From Candidatus Latescibacterota bacterium (GTDB lineage: Bacteria > Latescibacterota > UBA2968 > GCA-2709665), in NCBI GenBank assembly GCA_021295655.1, contig JAGWBX010000013.1, positions 876 through 64,875 of the forward strand: DNA of 64,000 nt, read 5' to 3'. Of the stretch, positions 30,899-40,535 are shown piece after piece; the stretch's first letter is position 1, and each line of letters opens with the position of its first letter. Under the pieces are notes generated by a model. The model was not told the DNA's origin. It was given only the letters and a program-made list of their open reading frames with translations, and did not search any database. Both the position numbers and the translations under genes were made by a program.

Positions 30899-33454
30899 AT
30901 GATGAAGTTGCGAGCCGTACTCAGCCTCCAGCCCACCGACAGACTCCACGGGATCGCCGCTGCAACCGACCAGCCGATTCACACCGGCGCCAACAAGACG
31001 GTGCTGATCGACATGCTGTGTCGCCATCTTTCCAACCCGTCGTTGGTCCGTAAACGACTGGATACGCTTCAGCCCCAACACAGGGAGTATGTGGTCAATC
31101 TGGCCTCTGAGGGAGGCGAACTCCTCAAGCAAGACGCCATAAGCGAGTTGGGGGCGGGATTCACCCACCGCTTCCAGACGATGCAGGACGCGGTCTCCGA
31201 TCTTGGGCTGGTCTTCGAGGACGTCGAAACACTCGGGACGGGCGACAGTCTCGTTGGGATTCCGGAACCGATCCTTAAGGCCATTCCACTGCCGGCCAGG
31301 GATCTTGGAAGGCTCCGCCGCCTGATGCAGTCCCGGTCGATCGGGCTTCTTCGCGCATTCGCGAGGGAACTTGGGTGCCCGTCTGAAGATTCTCGACGGG
31401 TTTTTGTGGCGCGCGCGATCCGCAGCCGGCTACTGAATCCGGAACATCTGAAAGCCTACATTATCAACCTGCCGGATACAAAGAGAGCCATTCTCGATCT
31501 CTCCGTAGCCAAAGATGTGATCACACAGCATGAAATCTTGAATGCCATGGGCGAGGACGGACTTCGCGCGCTCGACGAGATGGTCTGGAAGACGCCTCTG
31601 TTTTTCCATTCGACAGATCGACTCCTGACCGATACACACCTGCAACTGGCCTCAGACCTGAAGCCGGCAATTCAGGCCCTGGGCGACCGGATTGAAGACA
31701 CGTTCGAGAAAAACCTTGTGAGCACCGGGCCCGACCCCGCCCTGACCCGGGAACAGACCTCCTTCCTGGTACCTAATCTGTGTACCCTTCTTGGATTTGT
31801 CGAGCAGCGCAGGCCGCGTGTGCTGAAACAGGGCGGCGTTTCCAAGGCACGGCTCCGGGATGTGGGCAAATACTACCGGGGCCACATAGATCCGGGTTAT
31901 TCCGAATTCCTGCTGCTGTTTGCAGAGACGGCCGGATTCATTCGGCGCGATGCCGGTACCTGGCGTCTCGCCTGTGACGCTGCCGACCGACTCTCAAGTG
32001 TGTTCGGCGTGCGGAATGCGCTCTTTTCGGTCTGGCGAGAGACCGACCGCTGGAATGAGTGGACCGCCGAACGATCCGGTACACGGGTACGCAACAGGAC
32101 TGACACGCTCAGAGCGCTTCGCTGCGACCTGCTGGACTGTCTTGCCAGCTGTCCCGAGGACAGTTGGATATCCTATCCACATTTCTACACGCTGCTCACG
32201 CGCAGGTCCGAATCCTTCGCGCACCTCGATGGTCGGCCGCCGGCAGCGCGAGACCCGGTCGGCGGCGGCGGAGACGAACTGCTCAGACGCATTCTCGTTT
32301 CCGCGCTGACGTGGATGGGCATGGTCGTCCTGGGGAATCCCGATGCATTCAGTGAGCCGCTCGAGCCGGACCACCGCGGTGTCTTCAAACTTACCGGAGC
32401 CGGCGCTGCACTCCTTCACGGGCGCGAGCCAGTGAGTGCCAACAGAGAGACGGCGTCCGGTCGCAACGGTCGGTTTATCCTGCAACCGAACCTTGAAATC
32501 CTCTCGCCGCCGGACCTGTCCTTCGCCCTTTACATGCAGCTGTTTTCCATCGCGGAACTCAAGGAAGTGGACGTCCTGGCAAGATTCCGGGTTTCGCCAC
32601 AGACTGTGCACCAGGCGATGAGCAGGGGATGGGATGGGGCTTCCCTCAGAACGTTTTTGCACACTCACAGTGCCACAGGATTGCCGGAGATGGTGGACGC
32701 CCTGATCCAGGAGTGCGAACGCAAACACGGCGAAATTGAAATCGCGTCGGCTTCGGGCTATCTGGTCAGCGAACGACCCGAACTGCTGGACGAACTCCTC
32801 GTTCAGAAAAAGGTTGCTTCCCATCTTGGCGTTCGACTCTCGCCGACAACGGCCGCACTCAACCCGTCGACGCGCATCGAGGAACTTGTGGATGCCCTGA
32901 AAGGGCGCGGCTATATGCCGAACGTGGCCAACAAAAAGCCGAACGATGAACAGCACAGTATTTCGCTGAAGCGGTCGGAGCTGCTGCAACTGGCAGGATT
33001 TCTCGAAGCCGCCATTCAGTCTTGCGCCGCACGTACGGTTCCGCTGCCGGAGGATCTGGATCGTCTTCTGAAACGGATCCGCAGCAACCTCCGAAGCATC
33101 CCGGACGTCGACTCCGGAGGCGACTCGAACGACTATTGCCGGTCCTTTGAATCTCTGTTCAGAGGCGGGTCGTACCGCGACGACATCCAGGCGCTCTCAC
33201 GGTTCCGGGGCGCCAACCCCGCTGCCGGCGAGGACGACATCGGCCGACTGGTCGAATACGCCATCGAATATCGTCTGGGCCTTGAAATTGAATACATTGC
33301 CGAACGCACCGACAAAACCACGTCCCGCTCTATTGAGCCGATTCTTGTGGATCACGGCGTACTGTATGGCATCTGCAGGCACCGCAAAGGCGAGCGCCCG
33401 TTCAGTCTGGACCGGATTCGAAGCGCCAGATTGACGCTTTCAATTTCAGAGTGA
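30899..33454 (+). CDS. XPB/Ssl2 helicase-associated (Helicase_C_3) domain protein with C-terminal WYL domain
   Basis: 'ILQPNLEILSPP...FRVSPQTVHQAMSRG...FLHTHSATGLP' block; C-terminal 'LEIEY...RSIEP...GICRHRKGERPFSLDRI'. Confidence 0.8.
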   Translation: MMKLRAVLSLQPTDRLHGIAAATDQPIHTGANKTVLIDMLCRHLSNPSLVRKRLDTLQPQHREYVVNLASEGGELLKQDAISELGAGFTHRFQTMQDAVSDLGLVFEDVETLGTGDSLVGIPEPILKAIPLPARDLGRLRRLMQSRSIGLLRAFARELGCPSEDSRRVFVARAIRSRLLNPEHLKAYIINLPDTKRAILDLSVAKDVITQHEILNAMGEDGLRALDEMVWKTPLFFHSTDRLLTDTHLQLASDLKPAIQALGDRIEDTFEKNLVSTGPDPALTREQTSFLVPNLCTLLGFVEQRRPRVLKQGGVSKARLRDVGKYYRGHIDPGYSEFLLLFAETAGFIRRDAGTWRLACDAADRLSSVFGVRNALFSVWRETDRWNEWTAERSGTRVRNRTDTLRALRCDLLDCLASCPEDSWISYPHFYTLLTRRSESFAHLDGRPPAARDPVGGGGDELLRRILVSALTWMGMVVLGNPDAFSEPLEPDHRGVFKLTGAGAALLHGREPVSANRETASGRNGRFILQPNLEILSPPDLSFALYMQLFSIAELKEVDVLARFRVSPQTVHQAMSRGWDGASLRTFLHTHSATGLPEMVDALIQECERKHGEIEIASASGYLVSERPELLDELLVQKKVASHLGVRLSPTTAALNPSTRIEELVDALKGRGYMPNVANKKPNDEQHSISLKRSELLQLAGFLEAAIQSCAARTVPLPEDLDRLLKRIRSNLRSIPDVDSGGDSNDYCRSFESLFRGGSYRDDIQALSRFRGANPAAGEDDIGRLVEYAIEYRLGLEIEYIAERTDKTTSRSIEPILVDHGVLYGICRHRKGERPFSLDRIRSARLTLSISE

Positions 33455-33526
33455 TGCGGCGTGGACCTCCACCCGGGCTTCGCGTTTGCAGTTCGTACGT
33501 CCCCGCGGAAACCAACGGTGCTCTAC

Positions 33527-33555
33527 TTGACACGCCGCGTGGCAGAACCTATATT
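33527..33555 (+). promoter_or_regulatory. sigma-70 promoter
   Basis: TTGACA-N17-TATATT. Confidence 0.65.
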
Positions 33556-33651
33556 GCGCGGTGCGCCTTGCGGCGCATTACATCATCGATCTGATGCCCG
33601 TGAACAAACGTCGATCGGCGGGCCTTCCTTCGGACATTCGGGAAACTGGAT

Positions 33652-34467
33652 ATGCCGCTGAAATACTCCATACGCGAAAATATGGCGCCGGGAAACTCCA
33701 TCCTGGAAAAATTCCGCAACCTCGCGGATATCGGCATGGAAGGTATCGAAATCACAACCAGCAGTTGCGCGGCACACGCCGGTGAGATCCGAAAGGCATC
33801 CGCGGAAACCGGCGTCACCCCCAACATCCTTTCAATCCGTGGATCGATGGGCCTCCTGGATGCCAGGCTCGAGGAACGAAAGCGGGCGGCGCAGGACCTC
33901 AAGGACGCGCTTACACTTTGCGGCGACCTGGGCGGCGTCGGTGTCATATTCCCTCCGTTGATCGCCATTAAGCTACAACATGGGCGCCGTATTCCGGACC
34001 TGTCTCCTTTTGCGACCACCGCGCACCTGGAATCTCGGCTGCTCACCGAGATCCTGAAGCACGAAATCGGTCCGCACGCCCAGGCATGCGGATGCAGCGT
34101 CATCATCGAGCCGCTCAACCGGTACGAACAGTGGTGGCCATGCACCCTCGCGGACGCGCTCGAGATCTGCAATGCCGTTGACAGCCCCGGGGTCACGCTA
34201 ATGGCCGACTTCTTTCACATGAGCATTGAAGAGTCCAATATGGCGGAAGCGATCCGTAGCTGCGGCAAGCGGATCACCAACGTGCATCTGGCCGACAGCA
34301 ACCGGGTCCTCCCCGGCTATGGGCATACCGACTTTGCGCCCGCTCTGCAGGCGCTGAACGATATCGGTTACGAATATTTCAGCGGATTCGAATGCGCCAT
34401 CCCGCCAGGAAGCGACCCCAAAGCCGAGCTCAGGAAGTCCATGGACTATCTCGACGATCTCCGTTAG
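33652..34467 (+). CDS. sugar phosphate isomerase/epimerase (D-psicose/IolO-like 3-epimerase family)
   Basis: EPLNRYE, ADFFHMSIEE and VHLADSNRVLPGYGHTDF motifs. Confidence 0.9.
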   Translation: MPLKYSIRENMAPGNSILEKFRNLADIGMEGIEITTSSCAAHAGEIRKASAETGVTPNILSIRGSMGLLDARLEERKRAAQDLKDALTLCGDLGGVGVIFPPLIAIKLQHGRRIPDLSPFATTAHLESRLLTEILKHEIGPHAQACGCSVIIEPLNRYEQWWPCTLADALEICNAVDSPGVTLMADFFHMSIEESNMAEAIRSCGKRITNVHLADSNRVLPGYGHTDFAPALQALNDIGYEYFSGFECAIPPGSDPKAELRKSMDYLDDLR

Positions 34468-34790
34468 GATCGCGTGTTCTGTCCCAATTTCGTCGAATGC
34501 CGGAACCTCAGGAAATACTGGGAAGCTCGAGGTCGATGGACCGAAATGTCCCCGGTAAAACCGTGCATTTGAATTTGCATCTTCCGATACGAGAATGCAT
34601 CGAGACTCAAGCCGCATACGGGCGTCAGAGAATTGCATAGGTATCTCGAAGCCAGTGTGATCATCCTGCAATCTGACCCGGACGAATGGTTGACGTTCCC
34701 CAATGGTTTTATCTCCGTCGACTCCGACGGCGAAGCAGGGATTTCCTGTTCCAATCATACTGACAACCACCGACATACCGGAGATCGCCA

Positions 34791-35201
34791 ATGGACCAGC
34801 CTTCGGAAAAGAGCCTGAAGCGTATGTGGGTCTACTTCGAGAAATATTGTGAGAAAACCGGAACCACCGGCCATCCGGACAGCGGCATCACCGACGCCGT
34901 CGTCAACGGCCTGGCCGCACACGTCGACGAGTTCGGTCGTCCATTGTGTCCCTGCAACTTCTACCCCGACAAGAAAGCGGAAATCGAACGCAGCAGGGAA
35001 TGGATATGCGCCTGCGACGAAATGAAAATCTACAAATACTGCCATTGCCTGCTCTTTGTTACCCCCGAAGGGCTGCCCATCACAGAATACCTGCCGGAAG
35101 GTCATGAAGGCAGGGAATCCTACGGGCTCGTAAAAGATCCCACCCCCGATAAGGGCCGTGAAGCCCGCCGACGCGCTGCAGAAAAAGAATCCGGTAATTG
35201 A
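34791..35201 (+). CDS. ferredoxin-thioredoxin reductase catalytic (beta) subunit-like protein
   Basis: GL...GRPLCPC...ICAC...YCHCLLF cysteine pattern. Confidence 0.88.
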   Translation: MDQPSEKSLKRMWVYFEKYCEKTGTTGHPDSGITDAVVNGLAAHVDEFGRPLCPCNFYPDKKAEIERSREWICACDEMKIYKYCHCLLFVTPEGLPITEYLPEGHEGRESYGLVKDPTPDKGREARRRAAEKESGN

Positions 35202-35214
35202 AGGTCGGATCAGA

Positions 35215-36714
35215 ATGCGCTTCTTTCGCTTTCTGGCGTCGTTCGCCTGTTTCGTCGTCGTCCTTACGGACGTCCCCGCCCGGACGCAGGAACTTACGCA
35301 ACTCAGACGCAGAGCCAGAGAGATCGAGGACGAGGTCTCAGCGATCCGGGAGCTTGCGTTCAAGTGGCCAATCGACGTGGCGGTGCAGAGTCCATCCGAC
35401 TTCAAGGCGTACGCCGAACGCCAGATGGAACGGCAATTTACCGCTGCCGAGTGGGAGAATTACGACCCGGTGATTCGAAAACTGGGGCTTTACAGCGGTG
35501 ACGCCGTCCTCGATCGCTCACTTGTACTCTCCTTCCTGCAAGCCGGCGCGCTCGCGTATTACGATCCGGATACAGACAGATTCTACATCCTGAAAGAAAA
35601 CCTTCCCGCGGGTCTGCTTGACGTCGTTTTAGCGCACGAACTCAGCCACGGTCTGCAGGATCAGCACTTCGACCTCAACAGGTACCTGCCGGCGCGCGCC
35701 GATTCGTTGAATACCGACGAACAGCTCGCGCGACAGGCGGTCGGGGAAGGCGATGCGACGTACGTCGAGACCATCTGGTATTTGTATAGCCGGACCGGGC
35801 GCATGCCGGTTCGCGGGCTGTTGCGGAGCATGATCCGCGATCAGCTGGTATTTGACGCGGAGACGCTCCGGAACAATATGAAGCAGCTTGCGCAGTTACA
35901 GGGCAGTTCACCGCAAGCGCTGCAGACAATCGATAAACTTCCGGATTTCATGTTGTTACAACAGGCTGTCGTTTACGCCTACGGCATGAATTTCGTCCAC
36001 GAGATTCAGAGGGACGGATGGAGCGCCGTCAATCGACTCTACGCTGAGCCACCGGTTTCAACCGAGCAGATCCTGCATCCGGGGAAATGGATTGACCGGG
36101 AAGAACCGGACCGGTTTACGTGGCCGCCATTTCAGGAAGAGGATCTTTTCGACGACTGGAATCTGCTGGACGTGGATACGATCGGAGAACTGACCTGGCG
36201 GATCATTTTCGCCGATTTTGACATGGATGTTCGTGGCGAATCGGCGGCGGAAGGATGGAACGGCGACCGGTACGCCGTATTCCGGTCGAAGGATGGACGG
36301 AACCTGTTGCTGCTACTCTACACGAGTTGGGATACGGAAGACGACGCGGACGACTTCGCGGATGCTTATCGTGAATTGCTTACGTTAAAATATCCGTCCG
36401 ATTCCGGATCGATTGACGTATCGCAGGACGGGAGAGACGTACTGATACTGGAATGCGACGAATGGGTCGATTCCAATGCAATTCTCGCGTTCATGGGAAG
36501 AATACGCACCTGGGAACGGGAGGCGATCGTCCGGGTGGATTTCGACGGCAACGGGCGGGTGGACTTCAACGATTTCCTGCTTTTTGCCAGGCATTTCGGA
36601 AGGCAGGAGGGCACCACCGGCTTCGATCCTATGTTCGACCTGAATCGGGACGGGCAGATCAACTTCCCTGACTTCCTGACCTTTGCCAGGCATTTCGGAA
36701 AATCGGTATCCTGA
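35215..36714 (+). CDS. secreted zincin-like protein with C-terminal EF-hand/dockerin-like domain
   Basis: Signal peptide; LAHELSHGLQDQHF...EGDA; PPVSTEQILHP; two DxDxxGxVDFxDF-type repeats at the C-terminus. Confidence 0.8.
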   Translation: MRFFRFLASFACFVVVLTDVPARTQELTQLRRRAREIEDEVSAIRELAFKWPIDVAVQSPSDFKAYAERQMERQFTAAEWENYDPVIRKLGLYSGDAVLDRSLVLSFLQAGALAYYDPDTDRFYILKENLPAGLLDVVLAHELSHGLQDQHFDLNRYLPARADSLNTDEQLARQAVGEGDATYVETIWYLYSRTGRMPVRGLLRSMIRDQLVFDAETLRNNMKQLAQLQGSSPQALQTIDKLPDFMLLQQAVVYAYGMNFVHEIQRDGWSAVNRLYAEPPVSTEQILHPGKWIDREEPDRFTWPPFQEEDLFDDWNLLDVDTIGELTWRIIFADFDMDVRGESAAEGWNGDRYAVFRSKDGRNLLLLLYTSWDTEDDADDFADAYRELLTLKYPSDSGSIDVSQDGRDVLILECDEWVDSNAILAFMGRIRTWEREAIVRVDFDGNGRVDFNDFLLFARHFGRQEGTTGFDPMFDLNRDGQINFPDFLTFARHFGKSVS

Positions 36715-36760
36715 GCGGTATTCTGTACTGCCGTCGGTACCGCGCCCCGACCGAGCCGGA

Positions 36761-37663
36761 TCAGGAATCGGTCACGAACGCGTCCGCAATCGAATCAGCC
36801 GGGAGCCCTGCCAGACAAGCCATCTCGTCTTCCACCTCCTGCATCAACAGCATCCGCAGGTGCGAATCATCAACCGCCTTGCGCGCCATCCCGTTCGCTT
36901 TTTTCGTTACTTTGTCGCGCGCCCAGGCCGACACGCCTTCCGCGCCGAGACAGTCGGTTTCAAAGGCTGATACTTCACATGAGCCGGGAACCAGTGTCTC
37001 GAGATCCAGCGCCAGCGCCAGAATCAGATGTCGAACGAAATCGCTGAACCCGCACTCGTCCACGGCCTCGGCAAACGGATGCAGGACTGACGACGGAAGA
37101 AGCCGGATGAAGTTCAACCGGGCGTGCAGTCCCCGAAACCCGGCGTAATCCTTCAGCGGGTCCACGTGGTCTTCGTCTTCGTCCTCCCCACCCGTAACCA
37201 TCCAGGTCTCCGGGACCACGCGGGACCAGCGGTCGATCTGCGAAGCATAATCCCGCATTAGACGCGACTCCGGCCGTCCCGGGATCGAGCGGCACACGCG
37301 ACCCATCTCCGCCAGCCGCGCGTACGCTTCCTCCCAGCCCCGTTTGCGAATACGCTCGAAATCGCCTTCGGCAAGCAGTTCCACGCCCCGGTTGAGATCC
37401 TGATCCGAAACAATCGTCAGGCCCAGTTCGAGGCTGATCAACGTCTTGCTCACCCCCTGCTCAAAAACACCCCGCGAAACGGCAATCCCGGTCCGGTACC
37501 GCTGGCCGAATCTTATCCCAACAGTACGCAAATAGGCAATCAAAATATCCGGAGTATGTTCGGACAGTCTTCCGTACTTGACCCCCAGGGCGATAGCCTG
37601 TCCCAGGAACCCCTCGGAACCGATCCTGAGTTTCTCAAAATCAACGCCTGCCAGGACGTTCAT
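36761..37663 (-). CDS. hypothetical protein (resembles the C-terminal half of DUF6178)
   Basis: 300-aa ORF overlapping the upstream gene; 'ISLELGL...DLNRGVELL....FERIRKRG' pattern. Family call is tentative. Confidence 0.6.
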   Translation of the reverse strand: MNVLAGVDFEKLRIGSEGFLGQAIALGVKYGRLSEHTPDILIAYLRTVGIRFGQRYRTGIAVSRGVFEQGVSKTLISLELGLTIVSDQDLNRGVELLAEGDFERIRKRGWEEAYARLAEMGRVCRSIPGRPESRLMRDYASQIDRWSRVVPETWMVTGGEDEDEDHVDPLKDYAGFRGLHARLNFIRLLPSSVLHPFAEAVDECGFSDFVRHLILALALDLETLVPGSCEVSAFETDCLGAEGVSAWARDKVTKKANGMARKAVDDSHLRMLLMQEVEDEMACLAGLPADSIADAFVTDS

Positions 37664-38666
37664 CGGCCTGTTCTCCGTTTTCCTCGCGCTTCAGATTCGG
37701 CTGTCCGCCTCCGTTTTCTTCATCATCTTCGGCGAGGGACCGTTCCCACGCCCCGCGGATGATCACGGAGAGCAGGTAGGGGTCCGCCTCATACAGCGCG
37801 TCTAGTACGATGCCGGTTTCCGCGTCGTCGATAAAGGCGCTGGGACGCGTCCCGCCGAGTCCCTCCGCGGAAAAAAGCCGGAAACGGTAGACCGGAAAGC
37901 CGCCAAAGCCGACGACGTCATTGAGATTCAAATGTTCGAGGCGGTCCAGCAGCGCATCCTCCAGAAGCGACGGATCCACGGCGCGCAATAGCTCGGCCCT
38001 GCGGTCGAAATCCCTGAGCGTCGCCAGGGCCTGCAGCCATTCCCAGGATACCCGCGCGCGCAAGCCGGGATTGTCGACCCGGTCCAGTGTCTCGGCCATC
38101 GTGCTTTGCAGAACGCCCGGTGACATCGCCCTGATCAGTTCCGTGTTGAACTTCCGTTCATCGGGGTCTATTGAAATCAGATTTCCCAGCGTCTCGGCGG
38201 GCAGCAGTTCCACAACCCCCGGGCTGTAGCCGGGTACGCCGGCGCTGTCGGCGCCTGTCATTGAGAGCACTTCCTCGGACTCTTCGCTGATCGCCACCAG
38301 CGCGGCCTGCTCCTCCACGGGTAGCGCTTGCACCAGCGTTCGAGCCTGCTCGGCTTCACCCGTCTCAAGCAGTCGCCGCACCTCCCTTTCGCGCCCGACC
38401 AGATCCATCAGATTTCCGGACCAGTCCCCCGCCAATACCAGATTTCCCCTGACTTCGACCGAATCGCGTGCGGCCGCCGCCGCCGCTCCAGCCGCGACAC
38501 CTCCGGCTTCGTCCCGACCATCGTCCTTGCCGGTCGCGAGTTCCCGATCCTTCTGACATTGTACGCACGTTGACACGGCAGGGATCTCCAGCCTGCGACT
38601 CTCAGGTATTTCCACACCGCAGACCGCACAGTGCTTCCGGCCGCGAATGTTCGGTTTCCGGTCCAC
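37641..38666 (-). CDS. TraR/DksA C4 zinc finger fused to a helical DUF6178-N-like domain
   Basis: CAVCGVEIPESRRLEIPAVSTCVQCQ; GTG start after a GGGGAAGGGG RBS. Confidence 0.7.
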   Translation of the reverse strand: MDRKPNIRGRKHCAVCGVEIPESRRLEIPAVSTCVQCQKDRELATGKDDGRDEAGGVAAGAAAAAARDSVEVRGNLVLAGDWSGNLMDLVGREREVRRLLETGEAEQARTLVQALPVEEQAALVAISEESEEVLSMTGADSAGVPGYSPGVVELLPAETLGNLISIDPDERKFNTELIRAMSPGVLQSTMAETLDRVDNPGLRARVSWEWLQALATLRDFDRRAELLRAVDPSLLEDALLDRLEHLNLNDVVGFGGFPVYRFRLFSAEGLGGTRPSAFIDDAETGIVLDALYEADPYLLSVIIRGAWERSLAEDDEENGGGQPNLKREENGEQADERPGRR

Positions 38667-38755
38667 TGACACCCCTTCCCCGAAAGTAAAGAAGAGTCCC
38701 GCCAGCAACAGCTGGAAAGGAAGGGTCAGAACAAGGGACGAATCATCTACACGAA

Positions 38756-38784
38756 AAAATACGAAACGGTTTCAAAAAAGTCAA
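38756..38784 (-). promoter_or_regulatory. sigma-70 promoter for the zinc-finger operon
   Basis: TTGACT-N17-TATTTT on the minus strand with an AT-rich upstream tract. Confidence 0.55.
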
Positions 38785-38817
38785 TATAATATTCTGTTTT
38801 TAAAGGATTTAAATTTA

Positions 38818-38846
38818 TTGACTTCGTGTGGGATTATTGTTATATT
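38818..38846 (+). promoter_or_regulatory. strong extended -10 sigma-70 promoter
   Basis: TTGACT-N14-TGn-TATATT (17-bp spacer) preceded by an AT-rich UP-like tract. Confidence 0.65.
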
Positions 38847-38858
38847 ATTACCGAGCAG

Positions 38859-38891
38859 AGGGCCGGGGCCGCGAGCCGCTTCGGCCTTTTT
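38859..38891 (+). terminator. intrinsic terminator just downstream of the promoter
   Basis: AGGGCCG...CGGCCTT stem followed by TTTTT. Confidence 0.55.
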
Positions 38892-39151
38892 GGTTTGCAT
38901 ATGGCATCCGGCAAATCACAAAAATGCCCGATCGGTCCGCCATTCGTCCCGAAAAGCCGGTGAAACCGGTGTTCTGCCACAGTGCGGGTTCTGTCCCGAA
39001 GTTAAATTGCCCTTGACAGAAACGATAGGCACGCTGTAATTTCCGCCGTCAGGTTACAGATCCCCGTTCGACCGGGATGACGTTGACTGAACCCATTGCC
39101 TTCCGGAGCGATTTCCGCCGCAATTTCGCGGCAAGATGTCACGCCCATTCT

Positions 39152-39835
39152 ATGTCCCACATCCTGCTGCTTGCCAGTGAAACAGAAGGCATCCGCCTGA
39201 AGTCAGACCTGGAATCGGTTGGTCATTCCGTTTCACGCCTGGCCTGGAACCACGAACGTGTTACGTTGTCCGACACCGGCAGCCAGCCGGGCAATCCTGT
39301 TGATCTCCTCGTCGTCGACGACACGTTCCCCGGCCACCTGCCCAACCGGGTTCAGCGCCTGTTGCGGCCCCCCGCTTCCCGTAACACGCCCGTGCTGCTC
39401 ATCACAGACGAGGCCCGCGTCGCAAACGTCGACTTCTCTGCAGGAATCACAGACTTCATCACACGGCCCTATTCCCTTGAGCAGATGGAGACCCGCCTGC
39501 GGCTGATCCTCGGGAGTACGGAACGAAGGGACGTAATCCGGCTGGACGAACTGGTAATCAATCTGGTGCGCTACGAAGTCCGCGTCAACGACGTCCTCGT
39601 GGACCTCACGCTGAAGGAGTACGAACTGCTGAAGTATCTGGTCGTCCACCGGGGTCGCGTCTTTACGCGTTCGGATCTGCTCGACCGCATCTGGGGGTAC
39701 GACTATCACGGCGGTATGCGCACCATCGACGTACACGTCGCGCGACTCAGGACGAAACTGGCCGGCTTTAACGGCGCGATTTCCACGGTAAGGGGGGTCG
39801 GCTACGGGTTTGACTGGCCGCCGGTCCCAACTTGA
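39152..39835 (+). CDS. orphan OmpR-family response regulator, GlnR-like atypical receiver
   Basis: Winged helix LTLKEYELLKYL..RGRVFTR...WGYDYHGGMRTIDVHV; receiver lacks the acidic pair and the conserved Lys. Confidence 0.88.
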   Translation: MSHILLLASETEGIRLKSDLESVGHSVSRLAWNHERVTLSDTGSQPGNPVDLLVVDDTFPGHLPNRVQRLLRPPASRNTPVLLITDEARVANVDFSAGITDFITRPYSLEQMETRLRLILGSTERRDVIRLDELVINLVRYEVRVNDVLVDLTLKEYELLKYLVVHRGRVFTRSDLLDRIWGYDYHGGMRTIDVHVARLRTKLAGFNGAISTVRGVGYGFDWPPVPT

Positions 39836-39940
39836 TTCTGCATCCGGCGCATGCCGCGCCACGCAGCTTTCAAGCGTGGCTCCAATCCCACAACCTGTTG
39901 TTATTCCTGCACCTGAAAACCGCGAAGACGGAGGACGGAT

Positions 39941-40498
39941 ATGGATGGCGTAACCCATTTGACAATGAAGGAACTCGAACAGGGTCTGGACGACGTCCGG
40001 AACTCACCAGAGGACGAAGGCGTTCTGAAAATGATCGTGCGTCGGCCGGAGGTCGAACAGCGCGAAGTGCTCGCCGAAGGTGAACTTCACCCGTCGGAAG
40101 GCCTCGTGGGCGACAACTGGAAGTCCCGTGGCAGTTCCCGAACCCCGGACGGATCGGCCGATCCCTTCACACAACTCACCGTCATGAACGCCCGGTGCGC
40201 CGCCCTCGTCGCTCAGGACGACAGCCGCTGGCAATTCGCCGGCGACCAGCTGTACATGGACCTGGATCTGAGCGAAGACAACCTGCCGCCCGGCAGCCGC
40301 CTGTCGCTCGGCACCGCCGTGATCAGTGTGTCCGAACAGCCCCATACGGGTTGTCGGAAGTTCGTGTCCCGTTTTGGCGTCGATGCGATGAAATTCGTCA
40401 ATTCGCGCCAGGGCAAGCGGTTCCGGCTCCGCGGACTCAACGCGCGAGTGGTGCAGCCGGGCACCATTCGGGTGGGCGATATCGTGAGGAAGGTGTGA
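39941..40498 (+). CDS. MOSC domain-containing protein
   Basis: GLVGDNW, AGDQLYMDLDLSEDNLPPG, PHTGCRKF and RGLNARVV motifs. Confidence 0.88.
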   Translation: MDGVTHLTMKELEQGLDDVRNSPEDEGVLKMIVRRPEVEQREVLAEGELHPSEGLVGDNWKSRGSSRTPDGSADPFTQLTVMNARCAALVAQDDSRWQFAGDQLYMDLDLSEDNLPPGSRLSLGTAVISVSEQPHTGCRKFVSRFGVDAMKFVNSRQGKRFRLRGLNARVVQPGTIRVGDIVRKV

Positions 40499-40535
40499 GG
40501 GCCGGAACGGGCGGTCCAAACCGCCGGAGACGCAA

